A model generated the notes under the pieces. It made no database searches and was not told the DNA's origin. It was given only the letters and a program-made list of their open reading frames with translations. The translations under genes and the position numbers were made by a program. 38,206 nucleotides of DNA from a virus (lineage: Duplodnaviria; Caudoviricetes), in IMG/VR virus record IMGVR_UViG_3300043443_000066, positions 1-38,206 of that record; one strand, written 5' to 3'. Numbering within the stretch: position 1 is the first letter of the stretch; each line of letters starts with the position of its first letter. Below are positions 14,865 through 24,726 of this stretch, piece after piece.

Positions 14865-16826
14865 ATGGATAATTATAATCAGTTAGCAGGGTGGGTGCTT
14901 GGTCAATGCGAAGATTGGCGCAATCACCGAGATACAAACTATCTTGAAGACTGGCTTGCCTATGAGCGCCTATGGCGTGGTATCTGGTCTGGTGAAGACA
15001 CCACTCGTGACTCTGAGAGAGCCAAGATTGTCACCCCTGCACTGCAGCAAGCAATTGAGACTCATGTCGCTGAGATCGAAGAAGCAGTGTTCGGTAGAGG
15101 TGAGAAGTTCTTTGACATCTCTGATAACTTTGCTGACCAGCAGCGTATTGATGTTGAGCAGGTTAAGAATCAACTAACTGAAGACTTTAAGAAGAACAAG
15201 GTTCGTAAGTCCATCAGTGACATTGTACTGCTCTCTGCTGTATACGGAACCGGCATCGGTGAGATTACGCTAGAAGAGAAGACTGACCTTGCTCCTGCAA
15301 TGCGTCCTATCGTTGAGATGGGTTTAACCGCTGTAGGCGTAGAAGAGAAGCAACGCTTTGCGGTAGCGCTAAAACCAATCAATCCTAGAAACTTCTTGAT
15401 TGACCCCAATGCCGCTGCTATCGAGGATTCTCTTGGTGTCGCCATTGAAGAGTTTGTACCTCTGCATAAGGTTGTACAGGCTATGGAGTCTGGTATGTAC
15501 GAGAAGGTATCAGAAATCTCGTCTACCGCTGTTGACACTGATCTAGAGCCAGTACAAGAAGATGTACACAATCAGCAGAATCGTGTCAAGTTGATGCGCT
15601 ACTATGGCCTAGTGCCGAAGGCTCTGTTGGATAACGCCTTTGAGAACAAGTATGTTGACTTGTTTACCGAGGGTGATCAAGATGTTGGTCAAGTAGGTGC
15701 AGAGTTCTCTGAGTTGGTAGAGGCTATTGTCGTCATCGCTAACGATATGTACCTGCTCAAGGCTGAAGAAACGCCTTACATGATGAAGGATCGTCCTGTT
15801 GTTGCCTTCCAGAATGACTCCATGCCTAACCACTTCTGGGGTCGTGGCATCGCTGAGAAGGGCTACAACATGCAAAAGGCTATCGATGCACAGATTCGCT
15901 CGCATCTGGACAGCCTAGCATTGACCACAGTGCCTATGATGGCTATGGATGCCACCAGATTGCCTCGTGGTAGCAAGTTTGAAGTGCGTCCCGGTAAGAC
16001 TATTCTGACCAACGGCAACCCCTCAGAGACTCTTCTGCCGTTTAAGTTTGGTAATACTGACGCAACCAACCTCGCAACTGCCAAAGAGTTTGAGCGAATG
16101 ATGCTTATGGCTACCGGTACGGTTGATTCTGCCGGTATTCCTGCTGTCGGTGCTGATGGGCAAGGCTTGAATCCTGCCATGTCTGCACTGGTGAAGAAGA
16201 ATAAGCGTACTTTAGTTAACTTCCAAGAGCAATTCTTGATTCCTTTTGTTAAAAAGAGTGCTTTCCGCTACATGCAGTTTGATCCAGAGCGTTATCCTGC
16301 TGCTGATTATGACTTTGTGGCCTCTTCTAACCTTGGAATCATCGCTAGAGAGTACGAACAGATGCAGTTTATGAACCTGTTGAAGACTCTTGGCCCTGAA
16401 AGTCCTGTTGTTCCTCTGGTTTTGAAGGCAATTATTGAAAATAGTGGCCTAAACAACCGTGAAGAACTGATTGCACAGCTTTCACAGATGATGCAGCCTA
16501 ATCCGCAGCAACAACAAGCACAACAGATGGCTGTTCAGTTGCAAATGCAGAAGGCTCAGTTGGAATTGGCTGACTTGCAGGCTGATGTACAACTAAAACA
16601 AGCCAAAGCACAGAATGAAATTGTTGATGCTCAACTAAAACCTGCTGAATTGCAGGCTACAGTGGCTGCTAGTGCCTCTAAATACCTTGGTGAAAGCAAT
16701 GATCCTACCGCTGAGTTTGAGCGCAGGATTAAGTTGGCTAATGTGGCCCTCAAAGAGAAGGACATTAACACCAAAGCACAGATTGCTCAGTTACAAGTTC
16801 TAGCAGCAAGAGCAAATACTAAATAA
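14865..16826 (+). CDS. Portal protein
   Basis: 653 aa after terL; FWGRGIAE motif; Gln-rich coiled-coil barrel at the C-terminus (P22-like). Confidence 0.9.
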   Translation: MDNYNQLAGWVLGQCEDWRNHRDTNYLEDWLAYERLWRGIWSGEDTTRDSERAKIVTPALQQAIETHVAEIEEAVFGRGEKFFDISDNFADQQRIDVEQVKNQLTEDFKKNKVRKSISDIVLLSAVYGTGIGEITLEEKTDLAPAMRPIVEMGLTAVGVEEKQRFAVALKPINPRNFLIDPNAAAIEDSLGVAIEEFVPLHKVVQAMESGMYEKVSEISSTAVDTDLEPVQEDVHNQQNRVKLMRYYGLVPKALLDNAFENKYVDLFTEGDQDVGQVGAEFSELVEAIVVIANDMYLLKAEETPYMMKDRPVVAFQNDSMPNHFWGRGIAEKGYNMQKAIDAQIRSHLDSLALTTVPMMAMDATRLPRGSKFEVRPGKTILTNGNPSETLLPFKFGNTDATNLATAKEFERMMLMATGTVDSAGIPAVGADGQGLNPAMSALVKKNKRTLVNFQEQFLIPFVKKSAFRYMQFDPERYPAADYDFVASSNLGIIAREYEQMQFMNLLKTLGPESPVVPLVLKAIIENSGLNNREELIAQLSQMMQPNPQQQQAQQMAVQLQMQKAQLELADLQADVQLKQAKAQNEIVDAQLKPAELQATVAASASKYLGESNDPTAEFERRIKLANVALKEKDINTKAQIAQLQVLAARANTK

Positions 16827-16829
16827 TAC

Positions 16830-16858
16830 TTGACTTTTTTGTTCAGGTGTAGTATAAT
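16830..16858 (+). promoter_or_regulatory. Near-consensus sigma70 promoter for head genes
   Basis: TTGACT-17 bp-TATAAT, intergenic. Confidence 0.85.
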
Positions 16859-16924
16859 GCGAGTATAAACAGAAGTAAACGCTTACCAACTTACTTAAAA
16901 AGCACTCACTTCGGGAGACAATGC

Positions 16925-17167
16925 TTGGAAGACAGGGAACTACAGCAGTTTTACGAACACCGTTTTGACTTATTTGTACAGGCTGGCTGGAAAGACCTTG
17001 TAGAAGACTTCCAAGAGTTAGCAAAGACAGTTGGTGACATAACGAAGTGCAGTGACGAACCAGATTTGTGGTACAGGCGTGGTCAGTTAGACATGATCAA
17101 TTATCTAATCAACCTGCAGAGCCTAACAGAGGCGGCTTACGAGGAATTAGATGAAGATACTAAATGA
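16925..17167 (+). CDS. Conserved head-module hypothetical protein
   Basis: GGGAG RBS 7 nt before TTG; GWKDLVE...RRGQLD. Confidence 0.75.
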   Translation: MEDRELQQFYEHRFDLFVQAGWKDLVEDFQELAKTVGDITKCSDEPDLWYRRGQLDMINYLINLQSLTEAAYEELDEDTK

Positions 17168-17396
17168 CTTTCAATGCGCCAAAGGACATAAAGAAGAATA
17201 CTTTGTTGATTCTTCTGTAATGGTAGTTACTTGTAGGCATTGTGGTAATGATGCCACCAAGTTACTTGCAGCACCCCGGTCAAAGCTAGATGCTATTTCC
17301 GGTGACTTTCCTGATGCTACACGGAAGTGGGAACAAACCCGCCAATCTCACATAGCATGGGAAAGAAAAACTGGTCGTTCTGATCAGTATAAGTAA
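17151..17396 (+). CDS. FmdB-like zinc-ribbon protein
   Basis: DFQCAKGH...CRHCG...ATKLLAAP. Confidence 0.7.
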   Translation: MKILNDFQCAKGHKEEYFVDSSVMVVTCRHCGNDATKLLAAPRSKLDAISGDFPDATRKWEQTRQSHIAWERKTGRSDQYK

Positions 17397-17461
17397 GCGG
17401 AAAAGGAAACCCCGCAAGTAATTAAAGTGTTCTTCCTAAAAAGCTATTTGCCTAGGAGACA

Positions 17462-18253
17462 ATGATGGCTGAGTTTATTGAAGAAGGTAGTAATGAAGTC
17501 GCTGCAGAGGAAGTTCAAGAACTTGATCAACCGACGCAAGAAGTACAGCAAGAAGAAGTAGTTCAACAACAAGAAGTCGATGAGATTCCCGAAAAATATA
17601 AGGGCAAGGATCTCAAAGAAATTATCCGGATGCATAGTGAGGCTGAGAAGCTGATCGGCCGTCAGGGTAGCGAAGTTGGTGAATTGCGTAAGATTGTTGA
17701 TGACTTTATTAAGGCCCAAACTGCTAACAACCAGCAACTGCAAGAGGATGTAAACGAAGATGACTTCTTCGCTGATCCAAAAGCAGCCGTAGCAAAGGCA
17801 ATCGAAAATCACCCCAAAGTAAAGCAGGCTGAAGTTGCTGCTGTAGAGATGGCGAAAGCAAAGATTCTACAGAACTTACAAGCAAAGCATCCTGATTTTC
17901 TTAATGTGGTTCAAGATAATGGTTTTCAAGACTGGATTAAGGCTTCTAAGGTTCGTTCTGAACTGTTCTTTAGGGCTGATAAACAGTTTGATTTTGATGC
18001 CGCTGATGAACTCCTTAGCACTTGGAAGGATCGTCAAGGGGTAGCAAAGCAGACTGTTTCTGCTGAGAAGCAGGCAAGGTCGCAAGCCATTAAAAATGCC
18101 TCTACCGCTGTATCTGGTGGAAGTGACGAAGCACCGTCTAAGAAGATATATCGTCGAGCAGACATTATTCGACTCATGCAAACTGATCCTGACAAGTATG
18201 ACATGATGCAGCCTGAGATTATGGCGGCTTATGCAGAAGGCAGGGTTAGGTAA
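17462..18253 (+). CDS. Capsid scaffolding protein
   Basis: Acidic and helical, IPEKYKGK motif, C-terminal AYAEGRVR; directly before the MCP. Confidence 0.85.
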   Translation: MMAEFIEEGSNEVAAEEVQELDQPTQEVQQEEVVQQQEVDEIPEKYKGKDLKEIIRMHSEAEKLIGRQGSEVGELRKIVDDFIKAQTANNQQLQEDVNEDDFFADPKAAVAKAIENHPKVKQAEVAAVEMAKAKILQNLQAKHPDFLNVVQDNGFQDWIKASKVRSELFFRADKQFDFDAADELLSTWKDRQGVAKQTVSAEKQARSQAIKNASTAVSGGSDEAPSKKIYRRADIIRLMQTDPDKYDMMQPEIMAAYAEGRVR

Positions 18254-18283
18254 CTAACTAACTTTTTATAAAGGACATTTAAA

Positions 18284-19225
18284 ATGGCACTAGGCGCAAA
18301 CCATGTAGTTCAATCAGCCGTTAACTCGGCTGGTTTTATCCCTGAGGTATGGTCTGATGAGATTATCGCTGCTTACAAGAAGAACCTTGTTGCTGCTAAT
18401 CTGATCAAGAAGATGAACATGAAGGGTAAGAAGGGCGATGTTGTTCATTTCCCCGCTCCCGCTCGTGGCACTGCTTCTGCTAAGACTGCTAACAGCCAAG
18501 TCACTCTGATTGCTGAGAGCGGTACTGAGAAGACTGTTACCATCAACAGCCACTTCGAGTACAGCCGATTGATCGAAGACTTTGCCGAAGTTCAGGCTCT
18601 GTCGTCGCTGCGTCGCTTCTACACGGATGACGCTGGTTACTCTCTTGCTACTCGTATCGACACCGATCTGCTGGCTCTGGCTGCTGGTCTGCAAGGTGGT
18701 ACTTCTTACTCCGGTGCTTTCATCGGTGGTAACGGTTCTACCGCTTGGGACGCTACGGCTAACACCAACACCGGTAACGAAACGGCTCTGACTGATGAGG
18801 GTATTCGTCGCACCATCCAGCGTCTTGACGATGCTGATGTTCCGATGGACAACCGCTTCTTCATCATCCCTCCTGTTGCTCGTAACACCATCATGGGTCT
18901 TGATCGTTTCACCGAGCAAGCCTTCACTGGTGAAGTTGGTTCTGCCAACACCATCCGTAACGGTCAGATTGGTGATCTGTATGGCGTTAAGGTCTATGTT
19001 TCGACCAACTGCCCCACGGTTGCTACTTCCAGCACCGCTGACACGGATCCCCGTGTTGCTCTGATGGCTCACCCTGAGTTTGCTGTTCTGGTTGAGCAAC
19101 TTGGCGTTCGTGTTCAGACTCAGTACAAGCAAGAGTACCTCGGTACGCTGCTCACCGCTGACACGCTGTACGGTGTTGGTGAACTGCGTGACACCTCCGG
19201 TGTTGCTCTGATCATCCCCGGCTAA
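18284..19225 (+). CDS. Major capsid protein (HK97 fold, P22 coat-like)
   Basis: FIPEVWSDEI, GDVVHFP, LDDADVP, ADTLYGV; strong codon bias; followed by a terminator. Confidence 0.93.
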   Translation: MALGANHVVQSAVNSAGFIPEVWSDEIIAAYKKNLVAANLIKKMNMKGKKGDVVHFPAPARGTASAKTANSQVTLIAESGTEKTVTINSHFEYSRLIEDFAEVQALSSLRRFYTDDAGYSLATRIDTDLLALAAGLQGGTSYSGAFIGGNGSTAWDATANTNTGNETALTDEGIRRTIQRLDDADVPMDNRFFIIPPVARNTIMGLDRFTEQAFTGEVGSANTIRNGQIGDLYGVKVYVSTNCPTVATSSTADTDPRVALMAHPEFAVLVEQLGVRVQTQYKQEYLGTLLTADTLYGVGELRDTSGVALIIPG

Positions 19226-19241
19226 TAACATTAGTCAGGTT

Positions 19242-19272
19242 CTCCCCAGTCTCACAAGGATTGGGGAGTTTT
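19242..19272 (+). terminator. Rho-independent terminator after the MCP
   Basis: CTCCCCAGTCT-CACAA-GGATTGGGGAG followed by TTTTCT. Confidence 0.75.
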
Positions 19273-19321
19273 CTATATAGATTCATCAGAGTCTATATAG
19301 GAAACTAAGGAGATAGTCTAA

Positions 19322-20374
19322 ATGGCCTTATATCGTGGTGAAGGTGGTGCAGGAACCGCTGACATTACTACAACGCCAATTACCGTTGCTAATGGCGGTA
19401 CTGGCGCTTCTACCACTGCTGGCGCTCGTAGTAATCTTGGACTAACTGCTACTGGTCAAGACACTACTTATGCCTTTAGATCTAATAATCTATCTGACTT
19501 ATCCAGCGCTTCTACTGCTCGTACTAACCTTGGTTTAGGCACTGCAGCGGTACAGAATACTGGTTACTTTGCTACCGCAGCGCAAGGCAGTCTTGCTGAC
19601 TCAGCAGTACAGCCCGGTGACTTAGCTACTGTTGCTACCACTGGTGCTTACAGTGACCTAAGCGGTACACCAACGCTGGCAACTGTTGCTACTAGTGGTA
19701 GTTACAACGATCTAACAAATAAACCAACAATCCCAGCAAACATTGACGACCTTGGTGATGTAACAATCACTAGCGCTTCTAATGGTCAGGTGTTGTCTTA
19801 CAATGGTACTGCGTGGGTAAATAGCACTGCCAGTGGTTCTGGTACTGTTACCAGCGTTGCTGCTTCAGTTCCTACTGGTCTTAGCGTTAGCGGTAGTCCA
19901 ATTACAACCAGCGGCACTCTTGCTATTACTTATTCTTCTGGTTATAGTATTCCTACCACGACTAAGCAAAGCAACTGGGATGATAGCTACACCTTTGTAG
20001 CAGCCTTCCCAAGTCAGACCAGCAACAGCGGTAAGTATTTAACCACTAACGGTTCTGCTCTATCGTGGGGAACATTAAATACTTCTAACTGGGATACAGC
20101 GTATGGTTGGGGTAACCACGCTAGTGCAGGTTACTTAACTACTGAGACATATACCGGCACTGTAACCAGTGTTGCTGCCAGTGTTCCCACAGGTTTTACT
20201 GTTAGTGGCAGTCCTATCACTAGCACTGGAACTTTGGCAATCACTTATTCTGCTGGTTATGCTTTACCCACAACTGCTAGTCAAACTAACTGGGACACTG
20301 CATATGGCTGGGGCAATCACGCCTCTGCTGGATACTTAACTTCTAGTAGCACCATCTCCGGAGGCACTTACTAA
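19322..20374 (+). CDS. Tail fibre-like protein with internal duplications
   Basis: Ser/Thr/Gly-rich; ARTNLGL and LATVATSGSYNDL fibre motifs; duplicated TVTSVAASVPTG block. Confidence 0.75.
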   Translation: MALYRGEGGAGTADITTTPITVANGGTGASTTAGARSNLGLTATGQDTTYAFRSNNLSDLSSASTARTNLGLGTAAVQNTGYFATAAQGSLADSAVQPGDLATVATTGAYSDLSGTPTLATVATSGSYNDLTNKPTIPANIDDLGDVTITSASNGQVLSYNGTAWVNSTASGSGTVTSVAASVPTGLSVSGSPITTSGTLAITYSSGYSIPTTTKQSNWDDSYTFVAAFPSQTSNSGKYLTTNGSALSWGTLNTSNWDTAYGWGNHASAGYLTTETYTGTVTSVAASVPTGFTVSGSPITSTGTLAITYSAGYALPTTASQTNWDTAYGWGNHASAGYLTSSSTISGGTY

Positions 20375-21055
20375 ATGGCTACGATTCTTCTTAAAAAACG
20401 AGATACTACTGGCGCTCCTAGTGCCGGTGACTTAACCAACTCCGCTAGTGGCGCTGAAGTTGCTGTTAATACCTACGACAAGCGTCTGTATAGTAAAGAC
20501 AGCGGCGGTAATGTTGTAGAACTAGGTACTGCTCCTTCTACTATTGATATCAATGCTGGTTCTATCGATGGCACTCCTGTAGGCGCTAACAGTGCTTCTA
20601 CCGGTGCATTTACCTCATTGACTTCTAGCAGCACTACGACGCTCAACGGTACAACTATCCCATCCAGTAAGACTCTGGTTGTTACCACTGACATTGGATC
20701 GTCTGTACAGGCTTATGATGCTGACACCGCAAAGACCGATGTAGCCCAGACCTTTACCATCTCTCAGCGTGGCACTGTTACGACTGACAACGATGGTTCT
20801 TTCTCGATGTCGGCTACCAATAACTTTAAATGCACGCCAACTGGTAACTTCACGCTGACCTTTACCAACATCACGGCTGGTCAGTCTGGCTTTATTCTGC
20901 TGGTGAACTCTGGTGGCTACACAGTCTCTGCTCATGCCAACACTAAGGTCTCTACCACGGCCCTAGCGACTATCTCTGCCGCAGGGACATATCTGCTTTC
21001 GTATTTTTCAGACGGAACCAATGTGTATGTTGTCAACTCAGGAGCATTGGCTTAA
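20375..21055 (+). CDS. Tail fibre / fibre connector protein
   Basis: N-terminal ILLKKR...EVAVNTYDKRLYSKD fibre domain; INAGSIDGTPVG; VQAYDAD. Confidence 0.7.
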   Translation: MATILLKKRDTTGAPSAGDLTNSASGAEVAVNTYDKRLYSKDSGGNVVELGTAPSTIDINAGSIDGTPVGANSASTGAFTSLTSSSTTTLNGTTIPSSKTLVVTTDIGSSVQAYDADTAKTDVAQTFTISQRGTVTTDNDGSFSMSATNNFKCTPTGNFTLTFTNITAGQSGFILLVNSGGYTVSAHANTKVSTTALATISAAGTYLLSYFSDGTNVYVVNSGALA

Positions 21056-23460
21056 TGGCTATCCTACCCGTTGGCATCTCTGGCGAGGCTGGTGCTTACC
21101 AGATCGAGAGATCATTACGCTTCAATAGCGCAGACTCGGCCTACTTAAGCAGAACACCATCTTCAACTGGTAACCGACAAAAATGGACTTTGTCTTTTTG
21201 GATTAAGTTCACCTCCCTGTCTAGTAACTACTTTCTTGGTGCTGGTGATGCTGACACGGGTGGTGGAGGCGGTTTTGCGGCAAGACTTAATTCCAACTCA
21301 ACCATGAAGTTTTCGGCTGGCGGTGGCACAACAATGAATATCGACACGGTTCAAGTATTTCGTGATCCGTCTGCTTGGTATCACATTGTCCTTGCCTTTG
21401 ACACAACTCAAGCAACAGATTCAAACCGTGTCAAAGTTTATGTAAATGGTTCTGCGGCAACTCTATCAGCCACCACTTGGCCATCGCAAAACACCAATCT
21501 TGATTGGAACTATGCGTCTGCAACCCAATATTTAGGTGCTTATTATGGAGGTGGTCTAAATTACTCAAATTGCTATTTGACCGAAATCCACAACATAGAC
21601 GGTCAGCAATTAACCCCGTCCTCATTCGGTGAGACAGACTCCGACACCGGCGTATGGAAGCCTAAAGCCTACTCTGGCTCTTATGGCACCAACGGGTTCT
21701 ACCTAGACTTCGGTGACAACTCCAGCACTACTGCATTGGGTTATGACGCTGCTGGTAGTAATGACTGGACGCCGAACAACTTCAGCGTGACTGCTGGTGC
21801 TGGTAATGATTCTCTGGTTGATTCGCCTACTCGCTACGGCACAGACACCGGTGTTGGTGGTGAGGTGCGTGGGAATTACGCTACGCTGAATCCTTTACGC
21901 AACCACAGCAGCAACACGCTCGCCAATGGGAACCTTGATGTAACTCTTACAGACGCATCTTCATCAAGAACTACCTTTTCAACAATTGGCTTAACTTCTG
22001 GCAAGTGGTATTGGGAGGCAACAGTAACCGCCACCGATGCTGGTACTACTTACTATCCCGGATTTGGTGTAAACACAGATTTATCTCTAGCCCCGTCAAG
22101 CCAATCTGGTGATGCTGCGTCTGGTTTTATGTATGTAAAAAATGGGCAAAAGTTTAACGCCGGTTCTTTGACATCATACGGCTCTAGTTACACCACAAAC
22201 GATGTCATTGGCATTGCTTTGGACATGGATGCTGGCACGATTACTTTCTACAAGAATGGGTCAAGCCAAGGTCAGGCGTTTAGCGGTATTACTGGAACTG
22301 CGGTTCCATGCGTGATTGGTGCAAAAGGAACAAACAACGCAAGTGCGGCATTAAACTTCGGAGCAAGGCCCTTCTCCTACACCGCCCCCTCTGGTTTCAA
22401 GGCACTCTGCACAACTAACTTGCCTGAGCCGACTATTGCGGAGGGCAAGGATTACTTTAATGCCAAGACCTACACCGGCAATGCAGACTTTAATTCGATT
22501 ACAGGAGTTGGATTTCAGCCTGATCTTGTATGGGTGAAGGAACGCAGCGAGGTACGAGACCACATTCTTGTCGATGCGGTGCGTGGCGTATCAAAGGCTC
22601 TGTATTCAAACCTCACTAACGCCGAAGGCTCTGCAAGCAACTTCACTGATTTTCTAAGCGATGGCTTTAGGCTTGGATACTCAGGTGCTGACGCTGATAA
22701 ATCGAACAAGCTAAACCAGACCTATGTCGGCTGGGCATGGAAAGCCAACGGCGCAGGTAGCAGCAACACTGCTGGCACTATCAGCAGCACAGTCTCAGCC
22801 AATACCACTGCTGGCTTCTCCGTGGTGACTTACACCGGAACAGGCTCTAACGCCACAGTTGGTCATGGTTTAGGTGTTGCGCCTAAGATGGTAATTGTTA
22901 AAAACAGAAACACAAGCTCATACGGCTGGTTTGTTTGGCACACAGCATTTGGAACCGCTGGAGATACTGACTACATTAACCTTAATTTAACTGATGCTAA
23001 AGGCTCTGGCGGCGCTGTATCTATGTGGAACAGCACCATACCTTCGTCTACACTTATTTCCTTAGGAACATATGCTGGAGTAAACGGAAACACCAACACC
23101 TATGTAGCCTACTGCTTCGCACCTGTCGCTGGTTATAGCGCCTTCGGGAGTTACACCGGAAACGGGAGCAGTGACGGCCCCTTCGTCCACTTGGGATTCA
23201 GGCCACGCTTTGTTATGTGGAAGCGTTCTGACAGCACAAGTGATTGGGAGATGCTCGATTCATCAAGAGCGACTTACAACTTAGTGACCGGTGTTTTATA
23301 TGCAAACCTTTCAAACGCAGAGGCTACCGGAGGTGAATGTGACTTCACATCAAACGGTTTCAAAATTCGTGACAATTCATCAAGGTTAAATACCAACGGT
23401 GGAACCTACATCTACGCCGCTTTTGCCGAGAATCCAACGAAATTTGCTTTGGCCCGCTGA
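21055..23460 (+). CDS. Receptor-binding protein with LamG/concanavalin-like and SPRY domains
   Basis: SLRFN...YLSRT, FRDPSAWYHIV, SGKWYWE, DVIGIALDMD and repeated YTGNG/PDLVWVK modules. Confidence 0.8.
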   Translation: MAILPVGISGEAGAYQIERSLRFNSADSAYLSRTPSSTGNRQKWTLSFWIKFTSLSSNYFLGAGDADTGGGGGFAARLNSNSTMKFSAGGGTTMNIDTVQVFRDPSAWYHIVLAFDTTQATDSNRVKVYVNGSAATLSATTWPSQNTNLDWNYASATQYLGAYYGGGLNYSNCYLTEIHNIDGQQLTPSSFGETDSDTGVWKPKAYSGSYGTNGFYLDFGDNSSTTALGYDAAGSNDWTPNNFSVTAGAGNDSLVDSPTRYGTDTGVGGEVRGNYATLNPLRNHSSNTLANGNLDVTLTDASSSRTTFSTIGLTSGKWYWEATVTATDAGTTYYPGFGVNTDLSLAPSSQSGDAASGFMYVKNGQKFNAGSLTSYGSSYTTNDVIGIALDMDAGTITFYKNGSSQGQAFSGITGTAVPCVIGAKGTNNASAALNFGARPFSYTAPSGFKALCTTNLPEPTIAEGKDYFNAKTYTGNADFNSITGVGFQPDLVWVKERSEVRDHILVDAVRGVSKALYSNLTNAEGSASNFTDFLSDGFRLGYSGADADKSNKLNQTYVGWAWKANGAGSSNTAGTISSTVSANTTAGFSVVTYTGTGSNATVGHGLGVAPKMVIVKNRNTSSYGWFVWHTAFGTAGDTDYINLNLTDAKGSGGAVSMWNSTIPSSTLISLGTYAGVNGNTNTYVAYCFAPVAGYSAFGSYTGNGSSDGPFVHLGFRPRFVMWKRSDSTSDWEMLDSSRATYNLVTGVLYANLSNAEATGGECDFTSNGFKIRDNSSRLNTNGGTYIYAAFAENPTKFALAR

Positions 23461-23484
23461 CCAATTAACACAAGGAAATAGATC

Positions 23485-24012
23485 ATGGCTTTTGAACTAA
23501 ACGGACAATTAATCTCAATCGACAGACCTTATACATCTGCCGATGGCGTAACCTACCCTCACCTTCGTGACGCTGCTCTGCGTGCTGAACTAGGCGTGGT
23601 AGAGGTAGCCGATCCAGAGTCTTACGATCAGCGCTTCTACTGGAGCGTGGGCAATCCTAAACTGCTCGATGATCGTGAAGAAGTAGACGAGGATGGCAAT
23701 CCCTTGTATCTTCAAGAGTACAACCCGCTGACAGAGACCATGCAGAACACCACCAAGCGGATGGTGACAAAGGGTCTGAAGTCGCAGTGGACAGCACAGG
23801 TCAAGGCTACGGCGGGCTCTTTACTAGCCGGTACTGACTGGTACATTATTCGCAAGGCAGAGCGCAATATTGACATACCAGAATCTGTACAATCTTACAG
23901 AACTGCAGTAGTAACTGAAGCCAATCGCTTAGAAACCGCTATCGCCGGTGTTACCAGTGTTGAGCAGTTGATTGACACTGTTAACACAATGAATTGGCCT
24001 AAGGGAGACTAA
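23485..24012 (+). CDS. Tail fibre assembly chaperone-like protein
   Basis: LLAGTDWYIIRKAE...YR...WP pattern; follows the fibre genes. Confidence 0.65.
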   Translation: MAFELNGQLISIDRPYTSADGVTYPHLRDAALRAELGVVEVADPESYDQRFYWSVGNPKLLDDREEVDEDGNPLYLQEYNPLTETMQNTTKRMVTKGLKSQWTAQVKATAGSLLAGTDWYIIRKAERNIDIPESVQSYRTAVVTEANRLETAIAGVTSVEQLIDTVNTMNWPKGD

Positions 24013-24014
24013 CT

Positions 24015-24194
24015 ATGGCACTGCATGGCGTTTCTGAAGGCACTAAGCACGCTGTTGATGCCATATCTGTAGTTACTGTTGTAGGCACTTTAGCTGAGAT
24101 TCTACCTGCTGTTGCTGCTTTGTTTACGATTGTGTGGACAGCAATTAGAATACTCGAAACTGAAACAGTAAGAAAACTGTTAGGTAAGAAATAA
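24015..24194 (+). CDS. Small holin-like membrane protein (59 aa)
   Basis: Not in the ORF track; GGGAG RBS; hydrophobic VVTVVGTLAEILPAVAALFTIVWTAIRI with basic tail; TAATG coupling. Confidence 0.7.
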   Translation: MALHGVSEGTKHAVDAISVVTVVGTLAEILPAVAALFTIVWTAIRILETETVRKLLGKK

Positions 24195-24544
24195 TGGTAG
24201 GCCGTAAGGTTAGCGCTGTACAGCAAAGAACCAGCACTACTAAGTATACTTTGTATACAGTGCCTTCAAAGCATCACGCCTTGTGGGAAGTTCTTTATGT
24301 TATTAGTCTAGCAAGTAATGACAGCCCTAGCGTTTACTGGTATGATTCTTCTACCAACACTGAATATCAAATCTTTGGTGGTAAGAACTTAGGTGCTGGT
24401 GAATATCTTCTTCTTTCTAACGCTGAAGTAGCGCTGGAAGAAGGTGATGAAATAAGAGTACAGAATAGCACCACCAATGCTGTAACTTATGTTTGTACCT
24501 TTGAAGCAATTCAGAATCCTGCAACTGGTCGTTATAACGGATAA
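24194..24544 (+). CDS. Hypothetical virion protein (beta-sandwich)
   Basis: LYTVP...LEEGDEIRV pattern. Confidence 0.7.
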   Translation: MVGRKVSAVQQRTSTTKYTLYTVPSKHHALWEVLYVISLASNDSPSVYWYDSSTNTEYQIFGGKNLGAGEYLLLSNAEVALEEGDEIRVQNSTTNAVTYVCTFEAIQNPATGRYNG

Positions 24545-24555
24545 GGAGCATTACT

Positions 24556-24726
24556 ATGCCTATGGTCGGTAAAAAGAAATTTCCATACACTGCTGCTGGT
24601 AAGAAAGCCGCTGAAAAGTATGCTAAGAAAGAAGGCTATGCTTCTGCTAAGGGCATGAAGATGCACGAATCTAAAGAGTCCAAGGCTATGGAAGCCAAGG
24701 AAAAGAAAATGAAGAGGATGAAGTAA
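24556..24726 (+). CDS. Small Lys-rich protein (56 aa, [19 protein letters not shown]...)
   Basis: Not in the ORF track; AAGGAG RBS; TAATG coupling. Confidence 0.75.
   Translation: MPMVGKKKFPYTAAGKKAAEKYAKKEGYASAKGMKMHESKESKAMEAKEKKMKRMK

Noticed and set aside
16921-16968. 15-aa ORF from the ATG at 16921
   Set aside because: Only 3 nt from the Shine-Dalgarno; the TTG at 16925 has proper spacing and a protein-like product.
19210-19230. Programmed frameshift extending the capsid protein
   Set aside because: No slippery heptamer, and a terminator follows immediately.
18314-19231. 305-aa antisense ORF over the major capsid gene
   Set aside because: In-register shadow of a gene with strong codon bias; no RBS or recognisable motifs.
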